A DNA stretch of 55,921 bases from Candidatus Limivicinus sp. (GTDB taxonomy: Bacteria; Bacillota; Clostridia; Oscillospirales; Oscillospiraceae). The stretch lies in the NCBI GenBank assembly GCA_045222695.1, contig JBGUZD010000128.1, positions 1-55,921 of the forward strand. The letters are read 5' to 3'. The notes beneath the pieces are model-generated. The model saw only the letters and a program-made list of their open reading frames with translations, did not search any database and was not told the origin of the DNA. This document shows, in pieces, positions 7,962 to 16,039 of this stretch. The translations under genes and the position numbers were made by a program. Numbering within the stretch: position 1 is the first letter of the stretch; each line of letters begins with the position of its first letter.

Positions 7962-8828
7962 ATGAAGGATTTCAAGGAGAACTTCAATCTGAAGGACTGG
8001 AAAGTCCACGTCCTGTGCCTTGTGATCATGGTCGTCGCCGAGCTCATCGGCACGCAGAAGATCTCGATCAACGGCCCGGGCGGCAAGGGAATCGCGTTCT
8101 CGCTCCTGCCGATGCTGTTCGCGATCATCATCGGCATCATCCTCGGCGGTGCGAAGAAGATCTCGCGCGAGACCATGGAGACGGCCTCCCCGTATATCGG
8201 CATCAGCGTCATGTTCCTGGTCGTCAAGCTCAGCTGCTCCATCGGCCCGGCCTGGGGCTCGATCGTGGCGGCCGGCCCGGCGCTCATCCTGCAGGAGTTC
8301 GGCAACCTCGGCACGATCCTGCTGTCCATGCCGCTGGCGGTGCTCGTCTTCCGCATGGGCCGCGCCTCCATCGGCGCCGCGTTCTCGATCTCGCGTGAGC
8401 CGTCCATCGCCATCGTCGCCGAGAAATACGGCCTTGACGGTCCCGAGGGCTCGGGCGTCATGGGCGCGTATGTGACCGGCACGGTCATCGGCACGGTGTT
8501 CTACGGCATCCTCGCCTCGATCTTCGTCGGGGCCAAGCTCTTCCACCCCTATTCCCTGGCCATGGCGGCCGGCATGGGCTCGGCTTCCATGCTCACCGCG
8601 GCGCTGGCCCCGCTGGTCGAAGCCTATCCGGACATGGCGGAGGAGATCCAGGCCTTTGCCGCCACCTCCAATACGCTGACCAACGCCGACGGCCTGTACA
8701 TGAGCCTGCTGATCGGCCTGCCGCTTACGGAGTGGCTGTACAGAAAGTTCAGTAAGAACCATCCGCAGAAGGGCGTCAAGCCCGTCGAGGCGGCGGAAGA
8801 GATCGTTGTAGAGAAGGAGGATATCTAA
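7962..8828 (+). CDS. polytopic membrane protein, DUF3100-like (tentative)
   Basis: 288-aa hydrophobic ORF directly downstream of the M20 gene. The family call is from memory of the typical M20/DUF3100 pairing and has not been searched. Confidence 0.65.
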   Translation: MKDFKENFNLKDWKVHVLCLVIMVVAELIGTQKISINGPGGKGIAFSLLPMLFAIIIGIILGGAKKISRETMETASPYIGISVMFLVVKLSCSIGPAWGSIVAAGPALILQEFGNLGTILLSMPLAVLVFRMGRASIGAAFSISREPSIAIVAEKYGLDGPEGSGVMGAYVTGTVIGTVFYGILASIFVGAKLFHPYSLAMAAGMGSASMLTAALAPLVEAYPDMAEEIQAFAATSNTLTNADGLYMSLLIGLPLTEWLYRKFSKNHPQKGVKPVEAAEEIVVEKEDI

Positions 8829-8830
8829 CC

Positions 8831-9343
8831 ATGACGGAAAACAAGAAAGAGAGCATGGGCAAGCTCTGGGCGAGCAGGATCAAGGTCCTTCTCATCAGCG
8901 GCGTCCTGGCCTCCATTGCGAATATGATCTACGAGTGGCGTACCCACGCCGCGACGATCCACATGCCCTGGGAAGTGTTCCCCGCGCTGCTGTACATGTT
9001 CATCATCGTCGTCGTCAGCTGCGTGATCCATGACGTCATCGCCAAGCTCCTGCCGATCAAGGTCCCGGTCATCCTCTACGTCGCTCTGATCACCACGATC
9101 CTGAGCTTCCCCTTCGCGGGCTGGTTTGCCGAGACCATGAAGACCGAGTTCGCCAAGATCGGCCTGCTGCCGCTGTGCACGCCGATCCTCGCCTACGCCG
9201 GCATTTCCGCGGGCAAGGATCTCGACACCTTCAAAGAGCAGGGCGTCGCGATCGTCTGCACCGCCATCCTCGCCTTTATCGGCACCTATATCGGCTCGGC
9301 CATCATCGCCGAGATCGTGCTGCGCATGTCGCACGTGATCTGA
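8831..9343 (+). CDS. hypothetical membrane protein (4-5 TM)
   Basis: 170-aa hydrophobic ORF starting 2 nt after the previous stop. A strong terminator follows it. Confidence 0.65.
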   Translation: MTENKKESMGKLWASRIKVLLISGVLASIANMIYEWRTHAATIHMPWEVFPALLYMFIIVVVSCVIHDVIAKLLPIKVPVILYVALITTILSFPFAGWFAETMKTEFAKIGLLPLCTPILAYAGISAGKDLDTFKEQGVAIVCTAILAFIGTYIGSAIIAEIVLRMSHVI

Positions 9344-9370
9344 CCGCCGCAGCCCCGAAAAGCGTCACAG

Positions 9371-9414
9371 GTCCGGCCTGTCTTTCACAGGCCGGACAAT
9401 TTCTTTTTCTTTTC
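9371..9414 (+). terminator. rho-independent terminator
   Basis: GTCCGGCCTGT / ACAGGCCGGAC, an 11-bp stem with loop CTTTC, followed by TTTCTTTTTCTTTT. Confidence 0.85.
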
Positions 9415-9489
9415 GCGGGCTTTCCCCGAAACGCGGCATGTGGTACAATAAAAATACGAGTCGGAGAGACCTGAAAGGGGGACGAGCGT

Positions 9490-10725
9490 ATGGAAAGAAA
9501 GCTGCGCGCCGACGCCGAAGCGGCGGCTCTGGCCGCCATCGACGCCGTGCTGCCGGACAAGGCGGTGGAGCGCGCTCTGAAAGGAAAGCGGTTCCCGGGC
9601 CGCGTTTTCCCCGTCGCCGTCGGCAAGGCGGCCTGGCGTATGGCCGCGGCCGCGCTGCGGGCGCTGGAAGTCCCCGCCGCGGACGGCCTCGTCATCACCA
9701 AGTACGGCCACCTGGGTGAGGCGCTCCCGCCGCTGCGCTTCTTTGAGGCGGGGCATCCCGTGCCGGATGAGAACAGCGTCCGGGCGGCCGACGCGGCCCT
9801 CGCGCTGACAGAGGGACTGCGCGAGGACGACACCGTGCTCTTCCTGCTCTCCGGCGGCGGCAGCGCGCTGTTCGAAAAGCCGCTGATCCCGCTGGACGAG
9901 CTGCAGGATATCACCGGACAGCTCCTCGCCTGCGGCGCGGACATCGTCGAGATCAACACGATCCGCAAGCGCCTCTCCGCCGTGAAGGGCGGCCGCTTCG
10001 CCGCGCACTGCGCCCCCGCGCGGATCGAGGCGCTGATCCTCTCGGACGTGCTGGGCGACCCGCCGGACATGATCGCCTCCGGCCCGGTCAGCCCGGACAG
10101 CGCGAGCTGCGCCGACGCGCTGCGGATCGCGGAGCAATATCATCTGCATGTCAGCGAAGAGGCCCGCCGCTGCCTGCGGGTCGAGACGCCCAAGCAGCTC
10201 GACCGGGTCGGCGTGCAGATCATCGGCAGCGTCCGGGAGCTCTGCCGCGCCGCGGCGGAGGCCTGCCGCGGCATGGGCTACGAGCCGGTCCTGCTCAGCG
10301 ACCGCCTCGACTGCGAGGCGAGGGAGGCGGGACGTTATCTCGCCTCCGTCCTGCGCGCTCACGCGGGGGAGGGCAGAAAGCTGGCCTTCCTCGCCGGAGG
10401 CGAGACGGTGGTGCACCTCACGGGAGACGGGCTCGGCGGCCGCAACCAGGAGCTCGCGCTCGCGGCCTGCGAGGGGATCCGCGGTCTCCGGGGCGCTGCC
10501 GTGCTCAGCATCGGCTCCGACGGCACGGACGGCCCCACGGACGCGGCGGGCGGCTATGTGGACGCAGAGAGCTTCGACGCGCTTTGCGCCGCCGGTCTCG
10601 ATCTGAACGACGTCCTCCGGCGGAACGACTCCTACCACGCGCTCAAGGCCATCGGCGGCCTGATCGTCACCGGAGCGACGGGCACCAACGTCAACGACCT
10701 GTGCATCGCGCTGCTGGACGGATAA
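9490..10725 (+). CDS. glycerate 2-kinase / hydroxypyruvate reductase-type protein (DUF4147 + MOFRL)
   Basis: 411 aa. Recognisable regions are VGKAAWRMA near the N-terminus, LLSGGGSALFE, and GTDGTDGPTDAAG-like IGSDGTDGPTDAAGG near the C-terminus. Confidence 0.85.
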   Translation: MERKLRADAEAAALAAIDAVLPDKAVERALKGKRFPGRVFPVAVGKAAWRMAAAALRALEVPAADGLVITKYGHLGEALPPLRFFEAGHPVPDENSVRAADAALALTEGLREDDTVLFLLSGGGSALFEKPLIPLDELQDITGQLLACGADIVEINTIRKRLSAVKGGRFAAHCAPARIEALILSDVLGDPPDMIASGPVSPDSASCADALRIAEQYHLHVSEEARRCLRVETPKQLDRVGVQIIGSVRELCRAAAEACRGMGYEPVLLSDRLDCEAREAGRYLASVLRAHAGEGRKLAFLAGGETVVHLTGDGLGGRNQELALAACEGIRGLRGAAVLSIGSDGTDGPTDAAGGYVDAESFDALCAAGLDLNDVLRRNDSYHALKAIGGLIVTGATGTNVNDLCIALLDG

Positions 10726-10735
10726 GACGAAAAGC

Positions 10736-10767
10736 AAAACGGCCTCCCCCTGCGGGGAGGCCGTTTT
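10736..10767. terminator. bidirectional terminator between convergent genes
   Basis: AAAACGGCCTCCCC ctgc GGGGAGGCCGTTTT. Confidence 0.85.
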
Positions 10768-10779
10768 GCCGTATTCCGT

Positions 10780-11514
10780 TCAGATCCTGCGCCTGATCTC
10801 CTCGAGCGCGCCCTTCGCGTTTTTCAGATGCTCGGCGAGCGGCAGCTCGGAGCGCAGCGAAAAGAAGAAATGGACGCGCCGCTCGGCGGCGCGCTGCGCG
10901 CTTTGGATATGCGCCTTGAGCGCCTCGTAGCGCACGACGACCTGGTTTTCCTCGGCGAAGGCCTTCAGACGCGAGACCAGATGCGCCGAGTAGGCCACGT
11001 CCAGCGTGAACACGCCGAAAAACCAGCCGATCACGAAGGAAAAGGCCAGGTTGTGCGCCAGCCAGTCCAGCGCCTGCAGCACATGCGGATGCACGAGAAA
11101 GTAATAGACCGCGCCCAGCGCCGCCCAGAAAAAGGAGAACAGCGGGCAGATCAGCCCCTGCACGTTCCCGCGGCAGTCGCTGTAATCCCACAGACGCAGC
11201 TTCGCCCATTTCAAAAGCGCGAGTCCGGCAAGATACTCGATGGCCGTCATGCTCAGGGCCATGAGCAGGAAAAGCAGCAGCCTCCCGCCGACGGAGCTCC
11301 CTGCGTCCCAGCGCTCGCCCAGCGAGGCGAGCAGATACAGCACGCAGAGCCCGCAGCCGTAGATCGGCAGATAGGGCCCCGTGCAGAAGCCGGGATTGAT
11401 CCACTTATGCTCCGGGTTGGACGAGGAGAAGAATTTGCGGAAAAACAGCTCCAGCACCCAGCCGAATACCGAGCCGATGAAAAACAGATAGGCAAGCGTC
11501 AGAAAAACGCTCAT
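10780..11514 (-). CDS. membrane protein, DUF1113 / putative ABC-transporter type IV (CmpB-like)
   Basis: The N-terminus FFIGSVFGWVLELFFRKF is typical of the family. The ORF is polytopic and 244 aa long. Confidence 0.75.
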   Translation of the reverse strand: MSVFLTLAYLFFIGSVFGWVLELFFRKFFSSSNPEHKWINPGFCTGPYLPIYGCGLCVLYLLASLGERWDAGSSVGGRLLLFLLMALSMTAIEYLAGLALLKWAKLRLWDYSDCRGNVQGLICPLFSFFWAALGAVYYFLVHPHVLQALDWLAHNLAFSFVIGWFFGVFTLDVAYSAHLVSRLKAFAEENQVVVRYEALKAHIQSAQRAAERRVHFFFSLRSELPLAEHLKNAKGALEEIRRRI

Positions 11515-11541
11515 GGGACTACACTTCCTTCCTCAGGGGGT

Positions 11542-11572
11542 AAAAAAGGGGAGACCCGTTCCCGGTCTCCCC
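11542..11572 (-). terminator. rho-independent terminator of the resolvase-like gene
   Basis: On the minus strand, GGGGAGACC / GGTCTCCCC followed by TTTTTT. Confidence 0.8.
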
Positions 11573-11588
11573 GCGCAGAAAGCCTTTT

Positions 11589-12332
11589 TCAGCCTTCCTC
11601 CATCAGCTTTTTCAGCTCTTTAGCCTCGGCCTCGACGTCCTTCTTCATCTGACGGACGGTGTCGTGGTGCTCGACCTCGGCGCGGATGCGGTCGTGGCGC
11701 ATCTCGCGCTCCACGTCGTGGAGCTTCAGCTTTTCGTCGGCGGCCTCCTTGACCTCCTTGGCCTCGGCCCGGACCTGCTTTTTCAGCGCGTCGAGATCGC
11801 GGCGGCTCTGCTTGGCGGCCTCCTTGATCTCGTCTCTGATCTCGTGTTCGACCTTTTTATAGTCTTTCATTTTCTGTTCCTCCCGTTCTTTTATGCGGCG
11901 GTAAAAGGTGTTCGGCTTGAGATCCAGCCTGGCCATGGCGTCGCGCGCCGTGATCTGGCCGCTCTGCCAGAGCGCCACGACGGAATCGAACAGCCCCTCG
12001 TCGACGGCGATGGGCTTGCGTCCGCGGTAGCGGCCCTCCTCCTTCGCCCGTTCGACGCCCTCGCGCCGTCGCGGCGGCTTCGAGCCATCCAGCGCGCGCA
12101 GCGAGCGGCACAGAGCAAAGAAAAGCCTTCCGCCTTCATTGCGCGTATCGAGATCCTCGCCGAGGCTGATGAGCTCCGCGCCGCGCTTTTCCAGCTCCGC
12201 CGCGGCTTCAAAGAGCTCGCCGGCGTCGGCGGCGATCGCGGAAAAGGATCCGATCTGCACGCAGTCGCCCTCGCGGAGCGTGGGAAGCAGCTTTCTGTAT
12301 TCCTGCCTGTCTGCGACGGTATGGATCGCCAT
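11589..12332 (-). CDS. resolvase/invertase-like protein lacking the catalytic N-terminal segment, with HTH and a Lys/Glu-rich C-terminal helical extension
   Basis: MAIHTVADRQEYRKLLPTLREGDCVQIGSFSAIAADAGELFEAAAELEKRGAELISLGEDLDT aligns by eye with residues about 40-100 of serine recombinases. There is no YARVS(T) serine motif, and SAIAAD replaces DRLGR. An HTH is present (ITARDAMARLDLKPNTFYRRIK). An AGGAGG SD lies 8 nt before the ATG at 12332. Confidence 0.75.
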   Translation of the reverse strand: MAIHTVADRQEYRKLLPTLREGDCVQIGSFSAIAADAGELFEAAAELEKRGAELISLGEDLDTRNEGGRLFFALCRSLRALDGSKPPRRREGVERAKEEGRYRGRKPIAVDEGLFDSVVALWQSGQITARDAMARLDLKPNTFYRRIKEREEQKMKDYKKVEHEIRDEIKEAAKQSRRDLDALKKQVRAEAKEVKEAADEKLKLHDVEREMRHDRIRAEVEHHDTVRQMKKDVEAEAKELKKLMEEG

Positions 12333-12363
12333 GACACGCACCTCCTCTGTCGTTTACGAGCGC

Positions 12364-12421
12364 AGTATAGCACGGATCAAAAAGTGTGTCAATAGGAATT
12401 TTGTCATATTTGACACATTTC
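12364..12421 (-). promoter_or_regulatory. promoter of the resolvase-like gene overlapped by a palindromic operator
   Basis: On the minus strand: TTGACA (12392-12387), 17-nt spacer, TATACT (12369-12364). There is an inverted repeat AAAgTGTGTCAA (12381-12392) / TTGACACAtTTT (12410-12421), and the 8-bp cores are separated by 17 nt. Confidence 0.55.
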
Positions 12422-12462
12422 ATAAATTGTTCAAAATTTATTTGAAATACTCTTTTCGACAA

Positions 12463-12492
12463 ACAGCGCCCCGCGGAAACGCGGGGCGCTGT
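12463..12492 (-). terminator. GC-rich hairpin downstream of pfkA (weak U-tract)
   Basis: ACAGCGCCCCGC ggaaac GCGGGGCGCTGT, a 12-bp perfect stem. Only a short T-run follows it on the minus strand. Confidence 0.5.
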
Positions 12493-12506
12493 CGCAAAGA
12501 GCGTAT

Positions 12507-13508
12507 TCAGATGCCGAAGAGGTTGTGCTTGGTGCCGTACTGCATGATCTCCATGATGCGGTAGCGGTCCATCTGCAGGTGCTTCTTCATCGCGAGCGCC
12601 TCCTCGATGGGGATCTCGACGATGCCGCCCTCCTGCGTGGCGATGATGCTGTTGCCGCGGCCCTCGACGAAGGCGTTGACGGCGTAGTAGCCCATGCGCG
12701 TCGCGGTCTCGCGGTCGCGCGCGTTGGGCGAGCCGCCGCGCTGGATATGGCCCAGCACGGTCACGCGCGGGTCCATGCCCACGGCGTCGTGGATGCGCTT
12801 GCCGATCTCCACGGCGCTGCCCACGCCCTCGGCCACGACGATCATGAAGTGCGTGTTGCCGGCAAGGCGGGAGTCCTGGATGCGCTCCACCACGTCCTTC
12901 TGGAAGTCGATCGGGCGCTCCGGCACCAGCACGGTGGTCGCGCCGACGGCGATGCCGACGTAGAGCGCGAGGAAGCCGGCGTTGCGGCCCATGACCTCGA
13001 CGACCGAGCAGCGCTCATGCGACTGCATGGTGTCGCGCAGCTTGTCGATGCAGTCGATCGCGGTGTTGCAGGCCGTGTCGAAGCCGATCGTGTAGTTGGT
13101 GCAGCCCACGTCGTTGTCGATCGTGGCGGGCACGCCCACGACGGGGATGCCCAGCCGCGAGAGCTCCAGCGCGCCGCGGAAGGTGCCGTCGCCGCCGATG
13201 GCGACGACGCCGTCGAGCCCGAGCATCTTGCAGGTGGCCACGGCCTTGAGACGGCCCTTCTCGGTCATGAACTCCTCGCTGCGGGCGGTGTAGAGGATCG
13301 TGCCGCCGCGGGAGAGGATATGGCCGACGCTTTCACGGCTGAGCATGACGAAATCGCTGTTGATCAGGCCCTGCCAGCCGCGGCGGATTCCGACGCACTC
13401 GACGCCGTTGGCGATGGCGGTGCGCACGACGGCGCGGACGGCCGCATTCATGCCCGGCGCGTCGCCGCCGCTGGTCAGAACGCCGATGCGTTTGATCTTT
13501 TTATCCAT
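12507..13508 (-). CDS. pfkA: ATP-dependent 6-phosphofructokinase
   Basis: MDKKIKRIGVLTSGGDAPGMNAAVRAVV, then IGGDGTFRGA, PATIDNDV and MGRNAGFLAL. Confidence 0.95.
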   Translation of the reverse strand: MDKKIKRIGVLTSGGDAPGMNAAVRAVVRTAIANGVECVGIRRGWQGLINSDFVMLSRESVGHILSRGGTILYTARSEEFMTEKGRLKAVATCKMLGLDGVVAIGGDGTFRGALELSRLGIPVVGVPATIDNDVGCTNYTIGFDTACNTAIDCIDKLRDTMQSHERCSVVEVMGRNAGFLALYVGIAVGATTVLVPERPIDFQKDVVERIQDSRLAGNTHFMIVVAEGVGSAVEIGKRIHDAVGMDPRVTVLGHIQRGGSPNARDRETATRMGYYAVNAFVEGRGNSIIATQEGGIVEIPIEEALAMKKHLQMDRYRIMEIMQYGTKHNLFGI

Positions 13509-13590
13509 ATCAATACCCCCGGATCTGTCTTGGAATGGTCGATACAACTTCGGATGAACATATTTTAGCAGATGAATACGGGAAAATCAA

Positions 13591-13618
13591 TTTACAATCC
13601 CTCTTTTTATGATATAAT
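13591..13618 (+). promoter_or_regulatory. sigmaA-like promoter; implies a (near-)leaderless EamA transcript
   Basis: TTTACA (13591-13596), 16-nt spacer, TATAAT (13613-13618). The ATG at 13627 is only 8 nt past the -10 element, and there is no SD. Confidence 0.45.
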
Positions 13619-13626
13619 CGCAGTCA

Positions 13627-14547
13627 ATGAAAGAAAGGGGCGTGAGGAAGACGAAGGGGAAAAAAGCGGCGGTCCTGGTGATCGCATCGGCCATGCTGTG
13701 GGGAACCTACGGCTCGTTCCTTACGGCTATCACGGCGCGCGGCATGAGCGCGAACGTCGTCAATTTCCTGCGCTTCGCCTCCACCTCGCTGCCCATCCTG
13801 GCGTATCTGCTCGCAAAGGACAGAACTGCGCTGCGCGTGAAAAAGAAGGACCTGTGGCTCTTCGCGGCCAACGGTCTGGCGAGCATCCTGTTCTTCACCG
13901 CCTGCTACGCCGCGGCGATCCGCGAAACGAAGATCGCGACGGCGGCGGCGCTCCTCTACACCGCGCCGGCCATCGTGCTGCTGCTCTCGGCGCTGCTCTT
14001 TTCCGAAAAGCTCACGCCGCGCAAGATCGCCTGTGTGCTGCTCTCGGTCCTGGGCTGCGCGCTCGTCTCCGGCCTGGGCGGGGGCGGCGCGGCGCTGAAT
14101 CTCCGCGGCCTGCTGCTGGGCCTCGGCGCGGGCCTGGGCTATGCGCTCTATTCGATCTTCAGCCGCCTGATCCAACAGAGGGGCTACCCGACTTACACCA
14201 ACGTGTGCTGGACCTTTCTGATCGCGGCGGCGGCTTACCTCGCGATCGCGTTCGCAGACGGCACGGCCGCGCAGATCGTCCGCCTGCCCGGCGCGACGCT
14301 GCTTTCCGTCGTCTGCGGCCTCTTCACGGGCCTGCTGGCCTACCTGTTCTACACGGCCGGCCTGCGGGAGCTCGAGCCCTCGCGCGCCGCGCAGCTGGCC
14401 ACGATCGAGCCGGTGTTCGCCGCGCTGCTGGGCGTCGTGCTCTTCCGCCAGCGTCTTTCGCCGACGGAGATCCTGGGCGTCGCGCTGGTCGTCGCGGCCG
14501 TCGTGGGCATGAACCTGCGCCGGGCGGAAAAGACCGCGGAGGGCTGA
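13627..14547 (+). CDS. EamA/DMT-family transporter
   Basis: 306 aa with about ten hydrophobic segments and a duplicated EamA-type architecture. Confidence 0.85.
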   Translation: MKERGVRKTKGKKAAVLVIASAMLWGTYGSFLTAITARGMSANVVNFLRFASTSLPILAYLLAKDRTALRVKKKDLWLFAANGLASILFFTACYAAAIRETKIATAAALLYTAPAIVLLLSALLFSEKLTPRKIACVLLSVLGCALVSGLGGGGAALNLRGLLLGLGAGLGYALYSIFSRLIQQRGYPTYTNVCWTFLIAAAAYLAIAFADGTAAQIVRLPGATLLSVVCGLFTGLLAYLFYTAGLRELEPSRAAQLATIEPVFAALLGVVLFRQRLSPTEILGVALVVAAVVGMNLRRAEKTAEG

Positions 14548-14622
14548 TATCCCCTGCGGGGGCTTGCGCGTGAGCAAAGGAGCATGCTATACTGAAAAAA
14601 ACCTGATGCGGAGGAACTTCCC

Positions 14623-15162
14623 ATGTCTGCCAAACTGATCGTGATCTCCGGCCCGTCCGGCGCCGGCATCGGCGAGGTCATCACCGCCCTGTTCGCGCGC
14701 AGCGCCCGTCTCGTGCCCGTCGTCCCTGTGACGGCCCGCAAGATGAAGGAGGGCGAAAAGGACGGCGTCGGCTTCTACTTTTTCGAGCTCGAGGGCTGGG
14801 AGGCCATGAAGGCCTCGGGCGATCTGATCGAGACGACGGAGTTTGCCGGCAACGACTACGGCACTTCACGCAAGCTGGTGGAGGAGCAGCTCGCACAGGG
14901 CAAAAGCGTCCTGATGGAGCGCGAGCTCGACCGCGCCGCGCAGATCAAGCGGAACATGCCCGAGGCGCTGTGCGTCTATGTCGAGCCCTCCGAAAAGGTG
15001 CTCGAGGAGCGGCTGCGGGCGGTCTCCCGCAGTGAGCTGGAGCTGGGGCTCCGTCTGCAGACGGCGGAAAGGCTTCGCGCGTCCGCCGGCTTCTGCGATA
15101 GGCGCGTATGCAGCGACGATATCGCCGCCGCCGCGGCCGAGATCGAGAGCCTGCTCGACTGA
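14623..15162 (+). CDS. guanylate kinase-like protein with degenerate P-loop
   Basis: LIVISGPSGAGIGEV contains GAGIG where canonical Gmk has GAGKS/T. FAGNDYGTS is conserved. The LDIDxQGA region is replaced by MERELDRA. It has its own extended -10 (TGcTATACT, 14585-14593) and a GGAGG SD. Confidence 0.75.
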   Translation: MSAKLIVISGPSGAGIGEVITALFARSARLVPVVPVTARKMKEGEKDGVGFYFFELEGWEAMKASGDLIETTEFAGNDYGTSRKLVEEQLAQGKSVLMERELDRAAQIKRNMPEALCVYVEPSEKVLEERLRAVSRSELELGLRLQTAERLRASAGFCDRRVCSDDIAAAAAEIESLLD

Positions 15163-15170
15163 GAGAATAG

Positions 15171-15207
15171 AAAAAAGCTCGGAAGCTTTTGCTTCCGAGC
15201 TTTTTTT
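15171..15207. terminator. bidirectional terminator
   Basis: AAAAAAGCTCGGAAGC tttt GCTTCCGAGCTTTTTTT. Confidence 0.9.
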
Positions 15208-15213
15208 GATTGT

Positions 15214-15999
15214 TCAGAACTCTTTCTCGTAGGTGGCGATCACGGCGTTCATCACCGCGGCGCGGAAGGCGCTTTCCTCCAGTTTTCTTACGCCCTGGAT
15301 CGTGCTCCCGCCGGGGGAGCAGACGCGGTCCTTGAGCGCATCGGGGTGCTCGCCGGAGGCAAGCAGCGTGCGCGCCGTGCCCGCGAGCATCTGCGCGGCA
15401 AAGGCGATCGCCTCGCGCCGCGGCAGGCCGCAGGCCACCGCCCCGTCGGCGAGCGCTTCGATGAACATCGCGGCGAAGGCCGGGCCGCAGCCCGTGACGC
15501 CCGAGGCCGCGTCCATCAGATCCTCGTCGAGCTCCGCGACCATGCCGGAGGGGGCGAGCAGGCTTTTCACAAGCTCCTTTTCCTCCGCCGTGACCTTGCC
15601 CGAGGCGCACAGCAGCGTCACGCCCTCGCCGACGGCGACGGGGATGTTGGGCAGGATGCGCACGACGGGCAGGCCGCCGAGTAGCCCTTCCAGCTCCGCC
15701 ACGGTCCAGCCCGCGGCCATCGAGACCACGACGCAGCGCTCGCGCGCGGCGAGCACGTCCCGGATGCCCGCGGCCATTTCTTCAAGCCCCTGCGGCTTGA
15801 CGCCGAGGAAGAGCACGTCCGCCTGCGCCGCGGCGCCGCGGTTGTCCGTTATCTCCGCGCCCAGCTCTTCACAGAGCTTTTTTGCTTTTTCGGGGCTGCG
15901 GTTGGAAAGCAGCAGCCTCGTGCACAGCGGGCTCTTTGCGGCCGCGCGCGCCAGCGCGCCGCCCATGTTGCCGGTGCCGATAAAAGCGATGACAGCCAT
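15214..15999 (-). CDS. proC: pyrroline-5-carboxylate reductase
   Basis: MAVIAFIGTGNMGGALARA is the Rossmann motif. The C-terminal region VCSPGGSTIQG is also present. Confidence 0.9.
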   Translation of the reverse strand: MAVIAFIGTGNMGGALARAAAKSPLCTRLLLSNRSPEKAKKLCEELGAEITDNRGAAAQADVLFLGVKPQGLEEMAAGIRDVLAARERCVVVSMAAGWTVAELEGLLGGLPVVRILPNIPVAVGEGVTLLCASGKVTAEEKELVKSLLAPSGMVAELDEDLMDAASGVTGCGPAFAAMFIEALADGAVACGLPRREAIAFAAQMLAGTARTLLASGEHPDALKDRVCSPGGSTIQGVRKLEESAFRAAVMNAVIATYEKEF

Positions 16000-16039
16000 G
16001 CTGCAACAACTCCTTTTTTCTGCTTTGTTCCGATAAGGC

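Noticed and set aside
11589-12341. The resolvase-like gene as a marker of an active mobile element, invertible switch or prophage boundary
   Set aside because: The catalytic serine segment is missing. No flanking inverted or direct repeats, IS or phage genes are present, and GC content is native.
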